Origin: a virus
Length of the DNA: 64,000 nucleotides
Strand: one strand, 5' to 3'
Virus record (IMG/VR): IMGVR_UViG_3300046787_000345
Coordinates: 1-64,000 of that record
This document shows positions 57,241 through 64,000 of the stretch, piece by piece. Numbering within the stretch: the first letter of the stretch is position 1; each line of letters begins with the position of its first letter. Under the pieces are notes generated by a model. That model did not search any database, was not told the origin of the DNA, and worked only from the letters and a program-made list of their open reading frames with translations. The position numbers and the translations under genes were made by a program.

Positions 57241-58077
57241 TTAGTTGTTGAATAAATCATCAAATGCTGCTGCTACATCATCAGTTTTCTTAGAAACTGC
57301 TGGTGCTGATTGTACAGGTGTTTCTACTGAACCACCTAAATCATGAGATACGGATGGTGTAGGTTTTGCTGATGATAAAGTTTCTGCTGCTACTGAACTT
57401 TCGGTTTCATCTTCATCAGATGTTGCTGATGGATTTAACCAACCTTCCAGTACATTTTTTAATTCTGCGTAAGATAACTCCTGATACAATTCAGTAATTT
57501 CAGTTTGATTCTCTAAGAATTTAGCAATATCCCCACCTTCTGCTAATGGTGTTTGATTTGGTTTTACTCTAAGAGTAGTTGTTGGATATGAAGTTCCAGC
57601 ATCTTCTGCTGAAATATATTCAACTGTCAAATCTCTACCTGCGTTCGGGTCAGTAATATCACCATAATCGGGGTCAGCAATGTACCCTAAGATTTCTTGA
57701 TAAACTGTCTTACCAAATCCCCAAAATTTAACACCTTCGTTTTCTTGACCACGAACGATTACCGGAACAAAGGTTCTCAACTTAGGCTCCATTGCCTTTG
57801 CTGCTTTCCAATCTTCCTTATCGCCCATTCTTTTAAGTTTGTCTGCAAACTCAACAATTGGGTCAGGTCTACCGAATGATGCCGGAGATAGATAAGTTTT
57901 GTTATTTACGTTGTAGTGAAAATACAATTCAATGAACGGATTGTCTTTATTGAATTTGTAAGGTACGATACGGACTTGTGATTTACCAGGGGTTGGTTTC
58001 CATAATGCATCCGTTTTCTTTTGTGTGTTTTGTAGTTTGTTTAGTCTACCTCTAATTGCGTTAATGTCTAATGCCAT
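57241..58077 (-). CDS. Single-stranded DNA-binding protein (T4 gp32-like)
   Basis: WKP, VRIVP, GDITDP..GRD; acidic tail AFDDLFNN. Confidence 0.8.
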   Translation of the reverse strand: MALDINAIRGRLNKLQNTQKKTDALWKPTPGKSQVRIVPYKFNKDNPFIELYFHYNVNNKTYLSPASFGRPDPIVEFADKLKRMGDKEDWKAAKAMEPKLRTFVPVIVRGQENEGVKFWGFGKTVYQEILGYIADPDYGDITDPNAGRDLTVEYISAEDAGTSYPTTTLRVKPNQTPLAEGGDIAKFLENQTEITELYQELSYAELKNVLEGWLNPSATSDEDETESSVAAETLSSAKPTPSVSHDLGGSVETPVQSAPAVSKKTDDVAAAFDDLFNN

Positions 58078-58218
58078 TGTTTTTGCCTTTTAAGTTTAAT
58101 AATTAATTTGTTTTATGGTTTTATTTACGAGTCTTTCCTACTCGCGGTGTGTAAGTATAAATATACGATTTACCGATTTTCGTATATAATTATTCAAAGA
58201 ATTTGTATAATTATTTTG

Positions 58219-59910
58219 TTATTTTGAAAGTTCAAGCGAATAAAAATTATCCACATTACCATTAATTAAATCATCAAATGAAACTACATAAACATCCTTT
58301 AAATTATAAATTTGATATTTTTTTTGTAAAACATTTTTTAAAGATTTTATTTTCTTTTGATTGGTTGGTGTTTTTGGGTTACCATCTATTAAAAGTATTC
58401 CCAACTCAACTTCATCTGAAAACGAGTCTAACTGCCAATTAAACTGACGAGTATGTAGATAGTCTAAATTTGTATTTAACGCTTCAATTAAAATACTTTT
58501 AGTTCCATTTTTTCCAATATACCAATCTAATTCACCTTGTTCAGTTACTTCGGTTAATTGATGACTTTCTGCATTCATAACATCTCTAATAGTTAGAGAT
58601 GTGATTCCACACATACCAATCATATAATTAATAGAATTGGTTATTTGTTGTTTGGTTGATTTATTATCTTTAATACCAACTTGGATATTATAAATTTCCT
58701 CTACTTTGGCGTTTTCAATTTTTCCAAGACCAGTATGTTGAGCAGATATGTTTTCATCTAAATACTTTTGATGAAAATCTGCAGCATCTTGTCTAAACTC
58801 TTTTCCTGCACCATCGGTTTTTACAACATTGTATGGAAGTTCACCTTCTTCTAATACAAATATCATATTTGAATAGTTGTATTTTACAGCAGTCAATCCT
58901 AAATTATAATGATTATCGGAAAATATCCACTTACCAGTGTGGTCAAAAAAATGACCAAATGTTGTGGATGGTTTTGTTTTATATGGAGCAAATATATTAC
59001 CATCTGCTACTTTATTAAAGTTTTTTCCACCAATCATATCCAAATCTTCGGTTAGATGTTTGTATTGATATGCCTTAAATTTTGAGGTTTTAACAATATT
59101 TCCATTTCTATCTTTTGCATGATATACGAAATATACATATTTACCCTTTTCGTCTAAAATTGGAGTCAAATCGCTAATAGTAGTTGCATATTTACCTTTA
59201 TCGTTAGGTAATGTTGGAAAATATAATTGTGAACCGCTACCTACATTTGGTTTTGATTTAGTAGTATCGATTAAATCGAAATTAAAATTCGGTTTATCAA
59301 TGAATGTCATATTAAGTATATGATTTAATTTGGACCATTGTGGTTTAATCGGATGGGATTGGTAATCATATCGTTTTATTTTAAAGGCTACATTTGGTGT
59401 AAATGGTATGTATTTTCTAATTTCAGAAAATTCTTCATTATACTCATCTAGAGTTAGTGTAGATTTCATAACACTAACATCCTCACCTTTACCATTAAGT
59501 AAGTTCCAATCATTGTCATGTAATGAATTTAATGGAAAATAGCTTGGATACTTTAAATGATATCGTCTAAAATCATTTGGTGATGATGTATATAATTCTA
59601 CCAACGCACCCAGTCTAGCAACAGTTAATTTAGTACTTCCAGACCCAAACATTGATGTATATTTTGTTGAAAATCCACCTTTTTTATATCCGAAAATTTT
59701 ATTAATTACATCATCTTCTAAAATAACATCTCCATTATTTATGAACCATATGTATTCATCAGTAAAAATTACTACAAACTTTTTTCCGTTGTAATCTTGA
59801 GCACCATGTGCAAATTCTACTGCGAACGTATCTCCATCAATTTGGCTCAAAGATGAGTTTTGAAAAAATGGTGTAAAATAATCTTTAGAAAATTTCATTA
59901 ATTCCGTCAT
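58219..59910 (-). CDS. Hypothetical; possible degenerate GHKL ATPase + C-terminal PD-(D/E)XK-like domain
   Basis: EFAHGAQD, INNG, SMFGSG resemble GHKL boxes; GELDW...ILIEA near C-terminus. Confidence 0.4.
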   Translation of the reverse strand: MTELMKFSKDYFTPFFQNSSLSQIDGDTFAVEFAHGAQDYNGKKFVVIFTDEYIWFINNGDVILEDDVINKIFGYKKGGFSTKYTSMFGSGSTKLTVARLGALVELYTSSPNDFRRYHLKYPSYFPLNSLHDNDWNLLNGKGEDVSVMKSTLTLDEYNEEFSEIRKYIPFTPNVAFKIKRYDYQSHPIKPQWSKLNHILNMTFIDKPNFNFDLIDTTKSKPNVGSGSQLYFPTLPNDKGKYATTISDLTPILDEKGKYVYFVYHAKDRNGNIVKTSKFKAYQYKHLTEDLDMIGGKNFNKVADGNIFAPYKTKPSTTFGHFFDHTGKWIFSDNHYNLGLTAVKYNYSNMIFVLEEGELPYNVVKTDGAGKEFRQDAADFHQKYLDENISAQHTGLGKIENAKVEEIYNIQVGIKDNKSTKQQITNSINYMIGMCGITSLTIRDVMNAESHQLTEVTEQGELDWYIGKNGTKSILIEALNTNLDYLHTRQFNWQLDSFSDEVELGILLIDGNPKTPTNQKKIKSLKNVLQKKYQIYNLKDVYVVSFDDLINGNVDNFYSLELSK

Positions 59911-59949
59911 AATTTTTTGTTTTAAGTTTTATATTTTAATCCTATAATG

Positions 59950-59981
59950 CTAATATACGAAAAATAGTTGATACTACCAAC
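59950..59981 (-). promoter_or_regulatory. Sigma-A-type promoter overlapped by a 10-bp inverted repeat
   Basis: GTTG-N20-TATATTAG; AAAATAGTTG-N7-CAACTATTTT at 59961-59987. Confidence 0.6.
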
Positions 59982-59992
59982 TATTTTATCAT

Positions 59993-60454
59993 TTATTTTG
60001 CCCATTTTCCATTGGAAACGATTTGGGCTATAATTCCATATACTGAAAGGTCTTGAAATGTATCTTCTAAGGATTCACCAACTAAATCTTCTTTGTTTAA
60101 AACTACTAATTGTTTCAAACGTTGGATTTTATCGTTTACTCTGAACCAAAGACCTGTTAGTGATAATTTCTTATCATCTTCAGTTTCTAAGGATGTACCC
60201 ACTGCAATGTTTCCTGGTCCATAATTGGATTGTTTCATGCAGAATAATTCATATTGAGTAAACATAATACGTTTAAACTCATCAGTCATTTCTGGATATT
60301 GTTTTTCGATTTCTTCTACGAGTTTGGGATTATCGTATTTGATGAACGCAACCTCATCATCGTTTTGTTCGATTTTAGGTGCGATATTAAGTTCTAACTT
60401 ATTCTTGCTCTCCTGTTTAATGATACGAGGAGTTTGTGTTGTGCTCTTTGACAT
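59993..60454 (-). CDS. DUF1599 / nucleotide-modification-associated domain protein
   Basis: KQSNYG, RVNDKIQRL, ESLEDTFQDLSVYG. Confidence 0.7.
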   Translation of the reverse strand: MSKSTTQTPRIIKQESKNKLELNIAPKIEQNDDEVAFIKYDNPKLVEEIEKQYPEMTDEFKRIMFTQYELFCMKQSNYGPGNIAVGTSLETEDDKKLSLTGLWFRVNDKIQRLKQLVVLNKEDLVGESLEDTFQDLSVYGIIAQIVSNGKWAK

Positions 60455-60478
60455 ATAACCTTTATTAATTTATTTATA

Positions 60479-60510
60479 CAAATATACGAAATATATCTGA
60501 TACTACCAAA
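60479..60510 (-). promoter_or_regulatory. Bacteroidota sigma-A-type promoter
   Basis: TTTG-N20-TATATTTG. Confidence 0.75.
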
Positions 60511-60513
60511 TAT

Positions 60514-60540
60514 AAAAGGGTGATAATTTCTTATCACCCT
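60514..60540 (-). terminator. Intrinsic terminator
   Basis: AGGGTGATAA-GAAA-TTATCACCCT plus TTT on minus strand. Confidence 0.75.
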
Positions 60541-60547
60541 CTATAAT

Positions 60548-60712
60548 TTACTTTACTTCTGCAGAATCTACTTTTACTGCTGCTGAATCAGTTGCAACTA
60601 CTGCTGTGTCTACTACCACTGCTGTTGAATCTGAAGCTGTTTCTGATTGTGATTTTGAACCACAAGATGTAATCATCAAAGCGATTACTGCTACTGCGAA
60701 TAATTGTTTCAT
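60548..60712 (-). CDS. Short Bacteroidota-type lipoprotein (54 aa)
   Basis: Not in track; MKQLFAVAVIALMITSC lipobox then DSTA/DTA/DSA-rich tail; own promoter and terminator. Confidence 0.7.
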   Translation of the reverse strand: MKQLFAVAVIALMITSCGSKSQSETASDSTAVVVDTAVVATDSAAVKVDSAEVK

Positions 60713-60748
60713 TTTGTTTGTTTTTTTTGTTTATTAATTAATTGAATA

Positions 60749-60780
60749 CAAATATACGAAAAAAAACTGAAACTTCCAAA
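60749..60780 (-). promoter_or_regulatory. Bacteroidota sigma-A-type promoter
   Basis: TTTG-N20-TATATTTG. Confidence 0.75.
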
Positions 60781-60781
60781 T

Positions 60782-61183
60782 TTATTTTTGAGAATATTCA
60801 ATTACTTCAAAAATTCTTGTACTAATTTTCTTCGTTCCTTCGGTATTTGTAACGATGATTGTATTTTTGAACTTATCCCAATCTACCACAAAATCTTTAT
60901 CTGCTTTACCACCATTCTCTTCCTTAACTAATTCATTTAAGGCATTAATAGTATATAATGTATTAGATTGTTTTTTTCTATGAACCAATATTGTATCCTT
61001 TAATGGATTTGTTGGTTTATATTGGGTATCTATATTATATGTTATATATAGTTCTTCTAAATTAGCCTTATTTTGTAAGACGTAAATATAGTTGTAAACT
61101 ATATAATAAGTTTGTTTTATATGTTCTAATGTATTTTGTAACTCATCCTTTGATGTAAAGGTACACAATAGTTGTGTCTGCAT
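60782..61183 (-). CDS. Hypothetical protein
   Basis: LLCTF, HRKKQSNTLYTINALN; preceded by ATACTTAT motif. Confidence 0.6.
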   Translation of the reverse strand: MQTQLLCTFTSKDELQNTLEHIKQTYYIVYNYIYVLQNKANLEELYITYNIDTQYKPTNPLKDTILVHRKKQSNTLYTINALNELVKEENGGKADKDFVVDWDKFKNTIIVTNTEGTKKISTRIFEVIEYSQK

Positions 61184-61244
61184 TCTTTCTCCTAATTTTA
61201 TACTCTCTATAATAAGTATAAAAAACGAAATCGAAAGACTTTTT

Positions 61245-63458
61245 TTACGATTCTAATGGTAATATTTCACCATTAGGTCTTTCACCATCGCCAGTGAATG
61301 ACATTTGGATTCCACCACCATTTCTACCAGCAGTTCTTTCGTTACGAATAGTTAAAGAATAATCATCTGGAATATCAGTACCTTTATCAGTTTTGGATAC
61401 CGGTGATTTGTTTTCATCATAGTATTGTTTATTATGTGAAAGACCGTATCCACCACCACTTCTAATATTTTCCGTTAATAACACACCTGCTAAGAATACA
61501 TCCGGTGTCATTCTAGTTTTAAAGTTAGGTACGTTATTTTTACCAACAATTTTTTCTAATTTTTCAGGTGTTACTATTTTTTGAATTTGTTGTGCATATT
61601 CTTTTTTGAATTTAGCCAATTCTTTTTGATACTCACCCCAAAAAGTATCTGCACCAACATTTCCTAATTCAGTTTCTAATTTAGTTCTAAGTTGATTTAG
61701 TTTGTAGTAGTATTCTGAACATATAGTAGAAACTTCAGTTAAATCACTCGTATCAAATACATCTGAAAGGTTTTGGTTCATTAATGATTTTTTTAGTAAA
61801 TCATTAGTTTTCTTAGTAGTTTCTTCTTTGGTTTCACCTACGATTAAATCATCTTTAATCATCATAGTGTAACCTTTTTCACCTACATATTGACCAAACA
61901 AATCTCTTTTAGATTCATCTGGATGTAATTGAGTTACTGCTTTCATATTCGCAGGACATCCGTATATTCTACCTTCTTTACCGAACTTACAACTTACTAA
62001 GGATACAGTTTCAACATCACCATCAGTTCCACCAACTCTAATCATATCACCACCAGGAAACGAACCATTTGATGGTAAATAAACTTCTTCACCTCTTGCA
62101 AGTGCTTCTTCGTATAATCTATTTTCGGCTAGTTGTTTCATTACTGCCGATGCTGCTTCAGAATCTGCATTGTTCAAATCAACCATTAAATCATTATATG
62201 AATCTGCAATAGCAACTGCAGCCTCTTCACTTGGAACTTCATATACACCTAAGATACCAGCTAATCTATTTTGATGTTGTTTTAGTGCATCTACATATTC
62301 TTTTGAAATTTGTCCTTTATCTGCGTATTCAGATGCTAAATTAATTGTATTAACCAATGCAGGATTTTCAAATGATTGTTTTAGGTATGCACGAGAATGT
62401 TTGTTAGATGGGAATATTACATCACCATTTTCATCTTTTGGAGCAAATACACCATGTACACTTTCTCTAATTCTACTCAATACCGGTGAGGAATTGAATA
62501 ATTGTTTTACTCTATCATCATCTTTTGGTTTAACTTCATTAGTTTTACCTAAATCAGGTTTAGCTGCAGTTGTTAAATTCTTTTTTAACCCAGAAAAATC
62601 AACTTGGTCTAATTGTGTATATTTTTTAAGTTGAGAAACTAATTTTTCAGTTGATGTTGTACCATCACCGAATATTTTTCTTTTACCCCCCAATACATTT
62701 ATATAATATTTACTACCACTTGCGTTCGTAGTAATTTTATATTTATCCCTTAATTCAGTTGCAATATTAACTTTTTCATCATCTGAAATTGTTTCATCGA
62801 ATAACTTTTCTGTCAATTCATAACAATCATTAGCTATTTTCTTTTGTTCATCGCTAAGTGTTACTGAATTTTTATTAATCTGTTCTTTAACTCGTTTAAG
62901 AGTAACACCATCTTCTTTACTAATTTGAGATTGTCCCTTTTCAGATGTTGGTTCATTAGATTTTGTTGCTGCTTCTGCTTCTTTTTTATATCTTGCTTGG
63001 GTTTCCGGTGATTGTAAAGAAGTTCCTTTTGGTGGTTCTTGTTTAGGCTGTTCACCACCACCTTGTTGTCCATCTTGTGGAGTATTTTGGTTAGGTTCTG
63101 CGTTTGGGTTGTTAGTTGGACCACCCTCTTCACCTGCTTTAGCTTTTTGTTTTTCGTATTCGTCTTGTGATACTACATTATACTTACCATTATCATCTTT
63201 GGTAAACTTTTGAGCATCTTCTTTATCTTCTTGTCCTTTTACAACATAATATCCCTGGCCAACGTGGGTATACTTTTCATCATCAGGCCCTTCAGTTAAA
63301 TTTTTTATTAATTCAGTTTGAAGTTCACCTAATCCCCATTCGGTAAGAATATCTGAAATTATTTCGATATGTTCTTTCTTAGATAAAATAGGATATCCCT
63401 CTTTACTTCTATATGAAAGTTCTCTTAATAATTTTTGTATAAAGTTTTTCTTTTGCAT
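61245..63458 (-). CDS. Large hypothetical protein (possible virion-associated)
   Basis: 737 aa; LRELSYR..GYP N-terminus, NLTE, disordered linker, globular C-domain. Confidence 0.55.
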   Translation of the reverse strand: MQKKNFIQKLLRELSYRSKEGYPILSKKEHIEIISDILTEWGLGELQTELIKNLTEGPDDEKYTHVGQGYYVVKGQEDKEDAQKFTKDDNGKYNVVSQDEYEKQKAKAGEEGGPTNNPNAEPNQNTPQDGQQGGGEQPKQEPPKGTSLQSPETQARYKKEAEAATKSNEPTSEKGQSQISKEDGVTLKRVKEQINKNSVTLSDEQKKIANDCYELTEKLFDETISDDEKVNIATELRDKYKITTNASGSKYYINVLGGKRKIFGDGTTSTEKLVSQLKKYTQLDQVDFSGLKKNLTTAAKPDLGKTNEVKPKDDDRVKQLFNSSPVLSRIRESVHGVFAPKDENGDVIFPSNKHSRAYLKQSFENPALVNTINLASEYADKGQISKEYVDALKQHQNRLAGILGVYEVPSEEAAVAIADSYNDLMVDLNNADSEAASAVMKQLAENRLYEEALARGEEVYLPSNGSFPGGDMIRVGGTDGDVETVSLVSCKFGKEGRIYGCPANMKAVTQLHPDESKRDLFGQYVGEKGYTMMIKDDLIVGETKEETTKKTNDLLKKSLMNQNLSDVFDTSDLTEVSTICSEYYYKLNQLRTKLETELGNVGADTFWGEYQKELAKFKKEYAQQIQKIVTPEKLEKIVGKNNVPNFKTRMTPDVFLAGVLLTENIRSGGGYGLSHNKQYYDENKSPVSKTDKGTDIPDDYSLTIRNERTAGRNGGGIQMSFTGDGERPNGEILPLES

Positions 63459-63478
63459 TTCTTTACTAATTTATTTTA

Positions 63479-63510
63479 CAAATATACGAAATATATTTGA
63501 ATTATCCAAA
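63479..63510 (-). promoter_or_regulatory. Bacteroidota sigma-A-type promoter
   Basis: TTTG-N20-TATATTTG. Confidence 0.75.
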
Positions 63511-63531
63511 TTTCAACGAAACTATTTCTAA

Positions 63532-64000
63532 TTAGTGACCGTGATTTTGAGTTCTTTGAATGAAGAATATTACATTTGCTATACTGACCGTATTTCCAAA
63601 TGCTTGAACATTCCATCGGTTTCCGTTTGTTACAAAATCAGAATCTCCATAATATTGAAATACTTCATGAAATTCGTGCCAAGTATCGTTTCCTTTTCCA
63701 AAAAATAAATCCTTACCAACTCTTTCATATGGAGTTCCGATTGTATTATCCAATTGAACTCTTATAGATGTTCCATTTGCATTTGAAGTTTTTGCTTTAA
63801 ATACAATTGTACACATATAAACATCACCATCATTTTCTACTTGTATTTTACCAGAACCACTATTATAAAACGATATCGAAGAATGTAAATGAGTTTCTAT
63901 TGTATTGCCTGCGTTATTAGGTAAAGGTTGCTCTCCTGCTGCAACTGTCAATGTAAATACTGATGATGTCGTGTATTGTGTACCATCGTATCTTGCCCAA
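63532..64000 (-). CDS. C-terminal part of a beta-rich protein running off the right edge
   Basis: Frame stays open (WARYDGTQYTTSSVFTL) beyond the track's TTG start to the window end. Confidence 0.6.
   Translation of the reverse strand, partial: WARYDGTQYTTSSVFTLTVAAGEQPLPNNAGNTIETHLHSSISFYNSGSGKIQVENDGDVYMCTIVFKAKTSNANGTSIRVQLDNTIGTPYERVGKDLFFGKGNDTWHEFHEVFQYYGDSDFVTNGNRWNVQAFGNTVSIANVIFFIQRTQNHGH

Overview
A 64 kb segment of a large AT-rich (roughly 30% GC by eye) dsDNA bacteriophage with a T4-like replication module. Essentially every gene is on the minus strand and reads in the standard bacterial code. The host is very likely Bacteroidota: eleven intergenic TTTG-N20-TAnnTTTG-type promoters, many signal peptides cleaved before Gln, a Bacteroidota-type TonB-dependent receptor and GroEL, and T9SS-CTD-like domains. 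In transcription order (right to left) it carries: replication/recombination genes (gp32-like SSB, RecA/UvsX, 5'-3' exonuclease, DnaB helicase, NrdAB, thioredoxin); a putative DNA base-hypermodification operon (SPPY methyltransferase, divergent Asp-type thymidylate-synthase fold, AsnB amidotransferase, fold-II PLP enzyme) beside PolB (apparently ATT-initiated), the sliding clamp and a second methyltransferase; a TonB-dependent receptor; GroEL/GroES; clamp loader; Cas4-like nuclease; a ~10 kb glycosylation cluster; a ~10 kb envelope cluster (two CsgG/HfaB-like proteins, two cohesin/dockerin-like secreted proteins, one with a C-type lectin domain, two lipoproteins resembling stand-alone T9SS sorting domains, a Ca-binding membrane protein, two beta-barrels); probable head-packaged proteins; a GH19 endolysin; and an APS-kinase trio. 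The best candidates for an undescribed system are the CsgG/cohesin-dockerin surface-display cluster and the base-modification operon. All calls come from motif recognition by eye; no database searches were run.
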